Positions 54,265 to 64,000 of a DNA stretch of 64,000 bases are shown piece after piece; position 1 is the first letter of the stretch; each line of letters opens with the position of its first letter. The position numbers were made by a program, and so were the translations under genes. The stretch lies in assembly GCA_030605095.1 (NCBI GenBank), contig JAUWBJ010000002.1:2355-66354 (forward strand), read 5' to 3'. The notes under the pieces are model-generated. The model had not been told where the DNA came from, made no database searches, and was given only the letters and a program-made list of their open reading frames with translations. The DNA comes from Candidatus Omnitrophota bacterium. Its GTDB lineage: Bacteria; Omnitrophota; Gorgyraeia; JABMRN01; RBG-13-46-9.

Positions 54265-55125
54265 CTATTTTTTTATAGCGTAAGAAAAAATTGCTGTTCT
54301 TAAAATTTCTCTTTTCTCTATTTCTTCCTGCCATATACTATTTTTACGACAGGGGTTCATGCAAATTAATGGTGAAAAATTTATCTCTCGCATGAAAGCA
54401 ATAAGATTTTTTCTGCCACCGATTTCTATCGCCTTACTATGTATATCTACTCTTGCATTTATGCCAAATTCCTGTAACAGATCTGCTATCTCTCTTAATA
54501 TCTTATCTGACTTCTGATAACCCCTTACTCGTCTTTTATCCTCACATTTGTAATAAACATTGCCCTCGTCATCGAAAAATGCTTTCAAAAATGCTCGCTT
54601 TTCTTCCTTTGTAGCTTTTGTTTTCAAATAAGCTGATATTTCGTTTATTCTTTCTTTTATATATGCTGCAAACTCCACATTGTGAAAAGCCACGACAGTA
54701 ACTCCATTTTTCCGAACATGTATCTTTGGCTCAATTCCAAAAACTCGTTTAACCAACACTTTGAGATGCTCAATCTGATATTTTGAGCGGTTATAATATG
54801 TGCATCCGCCTTGGCGTACATGGCCATCAAACATAAAATGAGCTACTACATGGATAATTTCAGGATTCCAGCCCAATGGTTTATTTATGTTTCTACCTGG
54901 TAAACAAATACCCTTTCGGGGATTTGTTCTGTTTCTGAGTAGTAATTCAATTTTTCTCTTCAGAATCTCGTTTTTCTGATCTTGCGTTAATTCGACTCCC
55001 TCTATATAGCCGTATACCGTACTTTTAGGCAGTCTTGTCTTGGCCATTATAGAGTTCAAAGAAAAACCTTGTTCCCTAAGATTCCTACATAGTTTTTTAA
55101 TATATTTTCTACTCTTATACTTCAT
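54265..55125 (-). CDS. Free-standing HTH + LAGLIDADG endonuclease
   Basis: GFSLNSIMAKTRLPKSTVYGY HTH; VAHFMFDGH and FLKAFFDDEG motifs. Confidence 0.88.
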   Translation of the reverse strand: MKYKSRKYIKKLCRNLREQGFSLNSIMAKTRLPKSTVYGYIEGVELTQDQKNEILKRKIELLLRNRTNPRKGICLPGRNINKPLGWNPEIIHVVAHFMFDGHVRQGGCTYYNRSKYQIEHLKVLVKRVFGIEPKIHVRKNGVTVVAFHNVEFAAYIKERINEISAYLKTKATKEEKRAFLKAFFDDEGNVYYKCEDKRRVRGYQKSDKILREIADLLQEFGINARVDIHSKAIEIGGRKNLIAFMREINFSPLICMNPCRKNSIWQEEIEKREILRTAIFSYAIKK

Positions 55126-55138
55126 AACAACAAAAAAA

Positions 55139-55169
55139 GCGGTGCTCTACCAGATGAGCTAGCGGGGCA
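55139..55169 (-). repeat. Duplicated 5' half of tRNA-Lys
   Basis: 31-bp exact match to 54206-54236, immediately after the frr stop. Confidence 0.92.
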
Positions 55170-55754
55170 TTAAACTTCTTGAATCTCTTTCTCTTTATTA
55201 GCTAAATGGTTATCAATCTCTTTTGAGTATTTGTCAATGAGCTTCTGAGTTTGGTCTTTATATTTAAATTTTTCGTCTTCCGTAATTACTTTATCTTTTT
55301 GTAGCTTATCGATATCTTCATTGGCAACGCGCCTTGCCGTGCGCAAGGAAATTTTTCCTTCCTCCGATATTTTTTTCAAAACCTTGGCCAGTTCATCCCT
55401 TCGTTCTTTCGTGAGGGAAGGAATGGAAATTCGAATGACCTTTCCGTCGTTATTCGGAGTAATTCCGAGCCCTGAGGCAAGAATGGCTTTCTCAACGTCT
55501 CCGAGTATGGAACGATCCCAGGGCTGGATAACAATAAGACGCGGTTCCGGAGTCGAAATGCCGGCTAATTGTTTAAGAGACATTGAGGTATCATAACAAT
55601 CGACTTTTACCCCCTCTACAAGGGCTGAATGCGCCCTACCTGTCCGTATGGTAGAAAATTCTCTTTCGGTAGCTTCAACCGTTTTTTTCATTTTATGTTC
55701 TACGTCTCCCAATACCTCTTTTGCCGTCGCAGCCAAGAAATCACCCCCTATCAA
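55170..55754 (-). CDS. frr: Ribosome recycling factor
   Basis: IRTGRA, IQPWD, PNNDG, LTKERR. Confidence 0.96.
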   Translation of the reverse strand: MIGGDFLAATAKEVLGDVEHKMKKTVEATEREFSTIRTGRAHSALVEGVKVDCYDTSMSLKQLAGISTPEPRLIVIQPWDRSILGDVEKAILASGLGITPNNDGKVIRISIPSLTKERRDELAKVLKKISEEGKISLRTARRVANEDIDKLQKDKVITEDEKFKYKDQTQKLIDKYSKEIDNHLANKEKEIQEV

Positions 55755-56464
55755 TAAACAAGCGTTCCTATCTTCTTCCCCATAACAACTTTTTTTATAT
55801 TCCCTTTTTTATTGATATTAAATACTATGATGGGCAGGTTATTGTCCATACATAAACTTATAGCCGTTGCGTCCATAATCTTTAAACCTTTTTTCAAAAC
55901 GTCTATATATCGCACTTTTTTGTATTTTCTCGCGTCCCTGGATTTCATCGGGTCTTTTGTATAAATACCGTCGACCTTTGTGGCTTTCAGGATAATATCC
56001 GCCCCGATCTCCGTCGCCCTTAAGGCAGCTGTTGTATCGGTCGTAAAATACGGATTACCCGTCCCGCAGACAAATATAACAACTCTTTTCTTCTCCAGGT
56101 GCCTGATAGCCCTTCTTCTTATGTAAGGCTCTGCCAGGGCCTCCATCTGTATAGCTGTCTGGACACGCGTAAAAACGCCTATTCTTTCTAAAGCGTCCTG
56201 AAGAGCCAAACCGTTGAGAACCGTGGCAAGCATTCCCATATAATCTGCGATAGCGCGGTCCATTCCCTTTTGCGTTGCCGCTTCCAGCCCCCGGAAAATA
56301 TTACCTCCGCCGATGACAACGGCAACTTCACAGCCGAGGTCCTTTACCTCTTTAATCTGCCCGGCAATCGAGAGCATCACGCGAGGGTCAACGCCGTATT
56401 CCGACTTACCCTGAAGCGCTTCGCCGCTTATTTTAAGAACTATGCGTTTATACTTTGCTTTCAT
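55751..56464 (-). CDS. pyrH: UMP kinase
   Basis: [27 protein letters not shown]. Confidence 0.97.
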   Translation of the reverse strand: MKAKYKRIVLKISGEALQGKSEYGVDPRVMLSIAGQIKEVKDLGCEVAVVIGGGNIFRGLEAATQKGMDRAIADYMGMLATVLNGLALQDALERIGVFTRVQTAIQMEALAEPYIRRRAIRHLEKKRVVIFVCGTGNPYFTTDTTAALRATEIGADIILKATKVDGIYTKDPMKSRDARKYKKVRYIDVLKKGLKIMDATAISLCMDNNLPIIVFNINKKGNIKKVVMGKKIGTLVY

Positions 56465-57041
56465 CTTCGCCCAATTGATAGCGGACAAATCTTCTTATAA
56501 CGATATTTTCGCCTATCTTTGCAATTAGCGCGTGAAGTAGTTCCTTAATTTTTATTTTTGGGTCCTTAACAAAGGGCTGGTCTAAAAGACAGGTTTCTTC
56601 GTAAAATTTCTCCAGCTTACCCGCAAGAATCTTATCAAGTGCCTTTTTCGGTTTATTTTTTATAGTGGCCATGAGTATTTCTTTCTCTTTCTCCAGCGTA
56701 CTTTCGAGGACCTCTTCTCTTTTTACATATTCCGGCTTTGTGGCGGCAATTTGCATGGATATATCTTTTACAAATCTTTTAAATTCTTCATTTCGCGCCA
56801 CAAAATCTGTTTCGCAATTAACCTCAACCAAAACGCCGATTTTGCCGTTCATATGAATGTAGCTTTCTACGCGCCCGTCTTTGGCAGCGCGACCCGATTT
56901 AAGGGATGCGAGCTTTATTCCTTTTTTTCTCAATATTTCAATCGCTTTTTCTATGTTCCCGGCTGCTTCCTTAAGGGCTTTTTTACAATCCATAATGCCG
57001 GCCTGAGTCTTCTCTCTGAGCTTCTTAATAGCATCTAACAT
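56448..57041 (-). CDS. tsf: Elongation factor Ts (short form)
   Basis: [26 protein letters not shown]. Confidence 0.97.
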   Translation of the reverse strand: MLDAIKKLREKTQAGIMDCKKALKEAAGNIEKAIEILRKKGIKLASLKSGRAAKDGRVESYIHMNGKIGVLVEVNCETDFVARNEEFKRFVKDISMQIAATKPEYVKREEVLESTLEKEKEILMATIKNKPKKALDKILAGKLEKFYEETCLLDQPFVKDPKIKIKELLHALIAKIGENIVIRRFVRYQLGEDESKV

Positions 57042-57070
57042 AACAATACCCTTCCCTTACCCTTACCTAT

Positions 57071-57094
57071 TAGGGGAGGTTTAAACCTCCCCTA
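57071..57094. repeat. Palindrome TAGGGGAGGTTTAAACCTCCCCTA overlapping the rpsB stop
   Basis: Perfect 24-bp palindrome, core shared with 45083-45108. Confidence 0.7.
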
Positions 57095-57964
57095 CTTACT
57101 GGTAGGCCTTTTTCGCCTTACAGGCTCATCGCCTTTTTCTTTTTCCGAGGCTTTCTCCAGGCGTATATCCCCCTCTATTAACTCTTCAGCTTCTTTTTCA
57201 TTTACCTTCTTCTCTGTCTCCTCAAAGGGTGCTTTTTTAGCTTTTTCCATATCTTTTTTACCCGCTAAAAACTGGTTTCTTCCTTCGAGCACGCTTCTGG
57301 AAACAAGCGACGCTATAAAACTTATGGATTTCATCGCATCGTCATTGCCGGGAATAACGTAATTTATTTTATCGGGATCGCAATCCGTATCCACTAACGC
57401 CACAACGGGGATGGAGAGCTTATTGGCTTCGTGTACGGCGATTTCTTCTCTTTTAGAATCAACGACAAATAATGCCCCCGGCAGCCGGTCCATCGATCTT
57501 ATACCTTGCAGGTTCTTCAGGAGATTTGTGATTTTTTTATCAATCGTGGCTCTTTCTTTTTTAGAGAGGCTTTCATAGGTGCCGTCTTCTTTCATTTTTT
57601 CGAAAGATTCCAGTTTATTCACGCTCTTTCTTATGGTAAGAAAATTCGTAAGGGTGCCGCCGAGCCATCTATGGTTTACATAAAACATATTGCATTTTTC
57701 TGCTTCTCCCTTAATAATAGACTGGCTTTGCTTTTTGGTCCCCACAAATAGAATATAACTGCCTGCCGTTGCCGCCTCATTCAAGAATCTACAGGCTTCC
57801 AGGAGAAATTTCGCGGTCTTTTCAAGGTCTATGATATATATACCTTCCTTCTCGCCAAATATAAATTTCTCCATCTTCGGATTCCACTTTTTCGTCTGAT
57901 GCCCGAAATGTACCCCTGCTTCCAACAATTGTTTGACTAAAGCCTGTTCCTTTTTTGTCGCCAT
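57092..57964 (-). CDS. rpsB: 30S ribosomal protein S2
   Basis: LLEAGVHFGH, RWLGGTLTN, PGNDDA. Confidence 0.97.
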   Translation of the reverse strand: MATKKEQALVKQLLEAGVHFGHQTKKWNPKMEKFIFGEKEGIYIIDLEKTAKFLLEACRFLNEAATAGSYILFVGTKKQSQSIIKGEAEKCNMFYVNHRWLGGTLTNFLTIRKSVNKLESFEKMKEDGTYESLSKKERATIDKKITNLLKNLQGIRSMDRLPGALFVVDSKREEIAVHEANKLSIPVVALVDTDCDPDKINYVIPGNDDAMKSISFIASLVSRSVLEGRNQFLAGKKDMEKAKKAPFEETEKKVNEKEAEELIEGDIRLEKASEKEKGDEPVRRKRPTSK

Positions 57965-58031
57965 ATAAGTTTATCCTCCGTTTCTTAAGTTAATATTATA
58001 GTTATAAGACATATAATGTCAATATAGTATT

Positions 58032-59861
58032 CTAGTATTCATCCCTGAATTGCATATCGTATAGCCTCCTATATAATCCTCCTCTTTCCATAAGTTCCCT
58101 ATGCGTACCCGTATCGATAATTTTACCTTTGTCCAATACAACTATCCTGGTAGTGTGTTTTATAGTGCTTAATCTGTGAGCTATAACAAATACTGTCCTT
58201 CCTTTCATCAGGCGGTCTATGGCCTCTTGCACATATCGTTCGGACTCGGTGTCCAGCTGAGAGGTCGCTTCGTCAAGAATGAGGATGGGCGGGTTTTTAA
58301 ATATAGCCCTTGCGATAGCAAGCCTTTGCCTCTCGCCGCCCGATATCTTAAATCCCCTTTCCCCGACAACAGTATCATATTGCAGGGGCAAACCCATAAT
58401 AAAGTCATGGGCATTGGCGACCTTTGCGGCTTTAATAATGTTTTCCCTGGAATAATTTTTGTCGCCATAGGCAATATTGACTGTAACCGTATCGTTAAAA
58501 AGCAGCATCTCCTGGGTTACAATGCCTATCTGGTTTCTCAAGGATTCAAGTGTTACGTCTCTTAAATCTATATCGTCTATCCTGATACTCCCCTTTGACG
58601 GGTCGTAAAAACGCGGTATCAGGTTGATGAGGGTAGTTTTGCCCGTGCCGCTTAGCCCCACGATGGCTACAATCTCGCCTTTTTTTATATCTAAATTCAC
58701 GTCTTTAAGGACGTAATCTTTATCGTATTTAAACCAGATACCCTCCAATGATACATGCCGTGATAGTATGGCGAGTTCCCTTGCTCCTTCTTTCTCACTT
58801 ATGCTTTCTTCGGTATCCAGAATTTCGAAAATCCTTGTTGCCGCCGCAAGAGACTGTTGCAAGACCGCATACACCTTGCCCAATCGCTTAACAGGTTTCA
58901 GCATCAATAGAATAGAACTCAAAAATACTACAAAAGAACCCCATGAAAGGGTGCCGGCTATGATTTGCCTGTAAGCCAGGTACATAACTATCACGAAATA
59001 TATCGCGCTTGTAAATTCGTTTATCGGGCCTATGGCATTAATCCTTTTTACGGCCTTCATTGCCAGTTTATAAAAACCTATGTTTTGATTTTTAAATTTA
59101 TTGTATTCGTATTTCTGCATAGAAAAGGCTTTTACTATGCGCATTCCGGTTATTATTTCAAAAAGTGTCATGTTTATATCGCCCATTTTTTCTTGAGTCT
59201 CTGTCGTTATTTTACGGAGTCTCCTGGATATTATAACAGCCGGCAAAAGTATACATGGAAATAAAATTATACTGGTAAATATGAATCTAAGTGGTATACC
59301 AAAAAATATAACAACGCATACTACAACCGTAAAGTGACTTATAATCTCCAGCGGCCTTAAGATAAGGTCGAGTAGCCCCGTGCTTATCGAATCTCTTACA
59401 ATGCTGGCATCGTAGGTTATGCGGGACATGAGTTTTGCGGTCGGGTTCTTGCTATAGAAGTACATGGATAATCTCAGTAATTTCTCATATATAGCGTCTT
59501 TTATATCTTTTACAACTCTCTGACTGACATCGTTCATAAGATAAACGTGAAAGAAATCGAAGAGGTTGCGTAGTAAAAAGTATATCAGCGCCCCTACAAG
59601 CAGTATTGTCACCAGTCTCATCGTCGGCAAAGCATTTATTTTGTCAATGAGAAGCGTTATAAAGAGCGGCGCTTTAACGTGCGAAGGAATAGTTATTTCC
59701 GAGCCCCGCATAATGTTGTCAACTACAGGTATGAGCGCGGTCGGCGAAAGGCCGTTCAAAACGCTATATATAAGCATGAAGATAAAAGCCAACGCCAAAA
59801 CCCACAGGTGCGGCTTCACAAACCCTATCAATCTCTTATAATCTCTTATATCTTGCTTCAT
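58032..59861 (-). CDS. msbA: MsbA-like lipid A flippase (ABC)
   Basis: TMD plus GLSGTGKT, ISGGERQR, LDEATS; lpx context. Confidence 0.85.
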   Translation of the reverse strand: MKQDIRDYKRLIGFVKPHLWVLALAFIFMLIYSVLNGLSPTALIPVVDNIMRGSEITIPSHVKAPLFITLLIDKINALPTMRLVTILLVGALIYFLLRNLFDFFHVYLMNDVSQRVVKDIKDAIYEKLLRLSMYFYSKNPTAKLMSRITYDASIVRDSISTGLLDLILRPLEIISHFTVVVCVVIFFGIPLRFIFTSIILFPCILLPAVIISRRLRKITTETQEKMGDINMTLFEIITGMRIVKAFSMQKYEYNKFKNQNIGFYKLAMKAVKRINAIGPINEFTSAIYFVIVMYLAYRQIIAGTLSWGSFVVFLSSILLMLKPVKRLGKVYAVLQQSLAAATRIFEILDTEESISEKEGARELAILSRHVSLEGIWFKYDKDYVLKDVNLDIKKGEIVAIVGLSGTGKTTLINLIPRFYDPSKGSIRIDDIDLRDVTLESLRNQIGIVTQEMLLFNDTVTVNIAYGDKNYSRENIIKAAKVANAHDFIMGLPLQYDTVVGERGFKISGGERQRLAIARAIFKNPPILILDEATSQLDTESERYVQEAIDRLMKGRTVFVIAHRLSTIKHTTRIVVLDKGKIIDTGTHRELMERGGLYRRLYDMQFRDEY

Positions 59862-59933
59862 AAATGTAATTTCACTCAGTTATTAGCATAAAATATTATC
59901 ATATATAGCGCTTTTTGTCGAGGGAAAAAACGC

Positions 59934-59962
59934 TTGATATAGAAAGGTGGGTGTGGTAGAAT
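59934..59962 (+). promoter_or_regulatory. Sigma70-type promoter
   Basis: TTGATA-17 bp-TAGAAT with extended TG. Confidence 0.65.
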
Positions 59963-59989
59963 TGGGATTTACAAATTAAGGGATATAAG

Positions 59990-60919
59990 ATGGTTAAAAT
60001 TAATGTTGGCGTTGTCGGGGTAGGGTATCTCGGTTCCCGGCATGCCCGCGTGTATTCCCAGTTAAAGAGCGCTAACCTTGTCTGCGTCTGCGACATTGAT
60101 AAAAAGCGGGCTAAAAAGGTGGCTAAAAAACACAGGGTCTGGTATCTTCCGGATTACCGGACTCTCTTCGATAAGGTAGATGCCGTCAGCATTGCCGTTC
60201 CGACAAACCTTCATTATCGAATAGCAAAAGACTTCCTGAATAACGGCATCCATGTCCTAATAGAAAAACCTATCACAAATACCGTCGATGAGGCGCAAGA
60301 GCTCATTGATATCGCGGATTCTAAAAACCTCACCCTGCAGGTGGGGCACATCGAAAGATTCAATCCTGTAGTAAGAGCGGTAGAACCGCTTATTAAAAAC
60401 GCGCGTTTCATCGAGTGCCATAGGTCTGGTCCCTACAGAAAAAAGAAACGCGTCAAGGACGTGGGTGTTGTATTAGACCTTATGATACACGATATAGATA
60501 TTATCCTGTCTCTTGTAAAATCCGAGGTGGAAAGTATCGAAGCGGTCGGGATAAGCACAATATCGCCTTACGAAGATATAGCTAACGTCCGCCTTAATTT
60601 TAAGAATGGCACGATTGCCGATATCACCGCCAGCCGTGTTACAAAAGAGGAAGTACGGCAGATAAAGATATCTCAGGAAGATATATATATAACATTGAAC
60701 TACCTTCACCAGGACGCATTTATAGTCAGAAAGGCAGATAATAAAGTATTAAAGAAAAAATTAAAAATAGAGAAAAAGGAACCTCTTAAACAAGAGCTTA
60801 AATCTTTTATAGCGTCTATCCAAAACAATACAAGGCCTATTGTTTCCGGAAGGGAAGGGAAGATGGCTCTTGGCGTGGCCATGGACATCCTGGAAAAGAT
60901 TAAATCCTCTAAAAAATAA
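59990..60919 (+). CDS. Gfo/Idh/MocA oxidoreductase (GnnA-like)
   Basis: GVGYLGSRH, EKP, VGHIERFNP, DLMIHD; adjacent to lpxB. Confidence 0.85.
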   Translation: MVKINVGVVGVGYLGSRHARVYSQLKSANLVCVCDIDKKRAKKVAKKHRVWYLPDYRTLFDKVDAVSIAVPTNLHYRIAKDFLNNGIHVLIEKPITNTVDEAQELIDIADSKNLTLQVGHIERFNPVVRAVEPLIKNARFIECHRSGPYRKKKRVKDVGVVLDLMIHDIDIILSLVKSEVESIEAVGISTISPYEDIANVRLNFKNGTIADITASRVTKEEVRQIKISQEDIYITLNYLHQDAFIVRKADNKVLKKKLKIEKKEPLKQELKSFIASIQNNTRPIVSGREGKMALGVAMDILEKIKSSKK

Positions 60920-60984
60920 ATGAGGCCACAACTTACGGACCACGAGCGAAGCGAAGTGGGGCATAAGTTGTATGGCCGAATTTA

Positions 60985-61072
60985 TCCCGAGGGCACGAAG
61001 TGCCTGAGGGATCTCAAGATGAATGAGATTGCTTCGCCCTTGACGTTTTCAATGTCAAGGGCTCGCAATGAC
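60985..61072. repeat. REP-like palindromic element
   Basis: GAGGGCACGAAGTGCC...GAGATTGCTTCG...CTCGCAATGAC with nested hairpins. Confidence 0.6.
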
Positions 61073-61083
61073 GGAAAAAAAGA

Positions 61084-62214
61084 ATGACAAAATATATCCT
61101 CGTATCCGCCGGAGAAGTTTCCGGCGACATTCACGCCGCTAACCTCATTAAGAAGCTTAAAGAATTGAATCCAAGCTTGCGCTTTTTCGGAATCGGCGGA
61201 AAAAGAATGGAGCAAGCCGGTGTAGAACTCGTCGAGAGAATGGACAAATTTTCCATCGTGGGTGTGTGGGAAGCATTAATAGAACTTGGGAATATATACA
61301 AAATTTATAAAAAAATTACGGAAAAAATCAGAATAGAGAAACCCGATATCGCGATTCTTATCGATTACCCGGGTTTCAATTTAATCCTTGCCAGAGAATT
61401 GAAAAAAAGAGGCCTTAAAATAGTCTACTATATCACGCCGCAAATCTGGGCCTGGGGCGGTTTCAGGGTACATCTATTCAAGAAATACATCGATAAGGCA
61501 ATAGTAATTTTAAAATTTGAAGAAGAGCTTTTCAAAAAATACGGTATCGACGCGGCCTTTGTGGGGCATCCTCTCCTGGACCGGGAACCGGAAATTCGCC
61601 TCGATAAAAAATCGCTGCATTTAGACGAAGAAAAATTCACTATAGCGCTTTTGCCCGGATCAAGGGAGAGAGAGGTAACAAAAATACTTTCTTTAATGTT
61701 AAAAACGGCTGAATTTATATCGGGAGAGAAACAAGTTCAGTTTGTCCTTTTAAAAAATTCAGCCGTCGATGAGAAAATTTACGATGAGGAGTTGAAAAAA
61801 TCGAATCTTCGCATCACCAAAATTTTGGATGATACCTATGGGTGCCTATCTATTTCTGATTTCGTGTTTGTTTCCTCGGGTACTGCAACGCTGGAAAGCG
61901 CTATAATGGAAAAGCCCATGCTAATTACGTATAAAACATCGCTTTTTACGGGTCTTTTTTTCAAGTTTTTTGCAAAGACACGCTGGGTTGGCCTTGTAAA
62001 TATAATAGCGGAAAGGGAAATTGCCCCTGAAATCTTACAGTATGATGCGAAACCAAAATATCTTGCCTCTCAAATACTTTCCATTATATCGTCAAAGGAA
62101 AAAATGGAAAAGCAGATTCAAGATTTAAGGCAGGTTAAATGTGCCCTCGGCACGGCCGGGGCATCGCTTCGAGCAGCTCGAATAATTAACGATTTTATTA
62201 CACTACAACGATAG
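61084..62214 (+). CDS. lpxB: Lipid-A-disaccharide synthase
   Basis: AGEVSGD, IDYPGFN, PQIWAW, LPGSR, SGTATLE. Confidence 0.95.
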   Translation: MTKYILVSAGEVSGDIHAANLIKKLKELNPSLRFFGIGGKRMEQAGVELVERMDKFSIVGVWEALIELGNIYKIYKKITEKIRIEKPDIAILIDYPGFNLILARELKKRGLKIVYYITPQIWAWGGFRVHLFKKYIDKAIVILKFEEELFKKYGIDAAFVGHPLLDREPEIRLDKKSLHLDEEKFTIALLPGSREREVTKILSLMLKTAEFISGEKQVQFVLLKNSAVDEKIYDEELKKSNLRITKILDDTYGCLSISDFVFVSSGTATLESAIMEKPMLITYKTSLFTGLFFKFFAKTRWVGLVNIIAEREIAPEILQYDAKPKYLASQILSIISSKEKMEKQIQDLRQVKCALGTAGASLRAARIINDFITLQR

Positions 62215-62995
62215 AAATATCGTTTTTATCGGCGAGTTCTATAGAGGCCTCTTTTTCTACGAGAAACATCCTCTTCTCTTCTATGGCCAGGACCCTGCCT
62301 TTATTCTCGGCAATCAACTTAATTGTTTCCGGCCCGACTACGGGAACATCCCATCTCATATCCTGCTGAGGGCGGGAGACCTTGACGACGACAAATTCTC
62401 CGCAAAGCCTTGCGGCCCTTTCTATAGTACGGTTCGTGCCTTCCATAGCTTCAATGCTTACAACGGATTTATCTTTAACTACAATAGTCTGGCCTATGTC
62501 TCTCTGGGCAATCTCTTTGGCAATCTTAAATCCAAATGATATATCATCGTACTCTTTTTGGGTAGGCGTTCTTTTTGTTAAAATGCCTTTTGACGGAAGA
62601 AGATCCGAAAGATATTCGATACCGTTTATTACTTTTATCCCTCTTTTCTCAAATTCAGACGTAATTTTCTTTAAGACGGCATAGTCGCTTTTATTTTCTG
62701 AATTTTTTAAAGAATTCAAAACTTTATCACCTTTATTTATCTTGCCGTAAATAATCGATTTATCGACTTTACCCAGCATCACAACTTTTTTAATTCGTTC
62801 GACGACAAGTAAAAGAAAAAATTTCTTAACTTGTCTGGGGTCAAGTTGATGTATCCTGTTACAGGAATCTCCGAGATCCGACGAAGCCATTCCTTTAATG
62901 GCAAACCCTATAACTTTTACACCTTGACTTCGGGCTTTTTTCGCAAAAATAATAGGGAGTCTACCACCACCTGCTATCAGGCCGATTTTTTCCAT
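62198..62995 (-). CDS. lpxI: UDP-2,3-diacylglucosamine diphosphatase LpxI
   Basis: GLIAGGGRLP, DIGQT, EAMEGT, QDMRWDVP. Confidence 0.92.
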   Translation of the reverse strand: MEKIGLIAGGGRLPIIFAKKARSQGVKVIGFAIKGMASSDLGDSCNRIHQLDPRQVKKFFLLLVVERIKKVVMLGKVDKSIIYGKINKGDKVLNSLKNSENKSDYAVLKKITSEFEKRGIKVINGIEYLSDLLPSKGILTKRTPTQKEYDDISFGFKIAKEIAQRDIGQTIVVKDKSVVSIEAMEGTNRTIERAARLCGEFVVVKVSRPQQDMRWDVPVVGPETIKLIAENKGRVLAIEEKRMFLVEKEASIELADKNDISIVVV

Positions 62996-63002
62996 TTGAG
63001 GT

Positions 63003-63443
63003 TTATCTTTTCCTGTCTAATATACTAAACAAAAGGTCTGCCTCACAAACGACACTCTCGCCAACCTTAGCGACACCGTGGGCCTGGACTAATTTGGGTT
63101 TATGCCTAGTTACGGCAATCTCAAGCGTAAGGGTGTCCCCCGGAAAAACAGGTTTTCTAAATTTTGCGTTGTTTATGGAAATAAAGTAAGCAAGTTTCCC
63201 GCGGTTTTCCTCTCTCTTCAGCGCCAGCACGCCGCAGGTTTGTGCGAGCGCTTCGATGATTAATACGCCCGGCATTACGGGATGTTCGGGGAAATGCCCC
63301 TCGAAAAATGGCTCGTTTACCGTGACATTCTTAATGCCTGTTATTTTCAACTCTTCGATATCGACAATTTTATCCACCAGCAAAAATGGATACCTGTGGG
63401 GCAGATATGTCTTGATTTCGTTTATGTCCATATTTGTTTTCAT
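63003..63443 (-). CDS. fabZ: 3-hydroxyacyl-ACP dehydratase
   Basis: LPHRYPFLLVD, FFEGHFP, PGVLIIEALAQ. Confidence 0.95.
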   Translation of the reverse strand: MKTNMDINEIKTYLPHRYPFLLVDKIVDIEELKITGIKNVTVNEPFFEGHFPEHPVMPGVLIIEALAQTCGVLALKREENRGKLAYFISINNAKFRKPVFPGDTLTLEIAVTRHKPKLVQAHGVAKVGESVVCEADLLFSILDRKR

Positions 63444-64000
63444 TGTGACTCCTTTATTTTTTCAACCAACTCCAGGTTCAGCTTATGGCCGCTACGTATA
63501 GCGATTACCCTGCCTTTTATCGGTTTACCCAATAAATACAGGTCTCCTATTAAATCCAATACCTTATGCCTTACCGGCTCATCGGGGAATCTCAAGATAT
63601 TATCTATCGGGCCGTTTTTCGCCATAACCAACGTGTTCTTTAAATTAGCGCCCTTGCCATAACCCTGTCTCAAAAGAGAATTTACTTCTTCTTTGAGGCA
63701 AAATGTTCTCGCCGGCGCAATCTCTTTCTGAAACACTTCAGAATCTACTATGTCACTGAAAAATTGCCTTCCTATAGCAGGGCCGGGGTATTCCAATATG
63801 TAAGAAATCTTAAAAGTTTGGCTTGGAAATATGCCTAAAAAAGACTCTTTGTCTTCCACCCAAAGCGGTTTTTTAACCTCTATAAATTCTCGCTCACGTC
63901 TTTGAGTTTTTATGCCGACCGCTTTAAGAGCTTCTAAAAAGAGAATCGCACTTCCGTCTAACCCCGGTGGTTCGGAGCTCGTCAGTTCTATCCTTATATT
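63440..64000 (-). CDS. lpxC: LpxC deacetylase, C-terminal part (truncated by window edge)
   Basis: DGSA, EIAPARTF, EPVRHKVLDLIGDL, SGHKLN. Confidence 0.93.
   Translation of the reverse strand, partial: NIRIELTSSEPPGLDGSAILFLEALKAVGIKTQRREREFIEVKKPLWVEDKESFLGIFPSQTFKISYILEYPGPAIGRQFFSDIVDSEVFQKEIAPARTFCLKEEVNSLLRQGYGKGANLKNTLVMAKNGPIDNILRFPDEPVRHKVLDLIGDLYLLGKPIKGRVIAIRSGHKLNLELVEKIKESQ

Overview
Bacterial chromosomal window from a Gram-negative anaerobe (lipid A genes, four-subunit PFOR, FeoAB). Gene content and repeat style suggest Omnitrophota/PVC, but that is inference only. The backbone is housekeeping: greA, acpP, infA, pyk, porCDAB, dnaX-recR, tadA, feoAB, trxB, argF, rpsU, serS, rtcB-archease, rpsB-tsf-pyrH-frr, msbA and lpx genes. 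There are six tRNA genes: four Ser, Arg-ACG and an intron-split Lys-TTT. The most unusual signals are non-coding or mobile. (1) tRNA-Lys(UUU) is interrupted by an ORF-less group I intron. A free-standing HTH-LAGLIDADG gene lies just upstream, bracketed by an exact 31-bp duplication of the tRNA 5' half, and archease-rtcB lies just downstream. (2) Four short CCCCG...CGGGG inverted-repeat elements with 4-bp TGAA/TAAA target duplications sit at start/stop junctions and appear to preserve translation (in-frame extension, or a bridging mini-ORF ending in a GTGA overlap). (3) A covarying structured repeat follows CCA-less tRNAs. (4) A LAGLIDADG intein sits in the TPP motif of PorB. (5) There are tRNA-Ser island remnants and a small defence-like cluster, including a PHP protein with a degenerate ABC-ATPase. 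All calls come from reading the sequence; no database searches were run.
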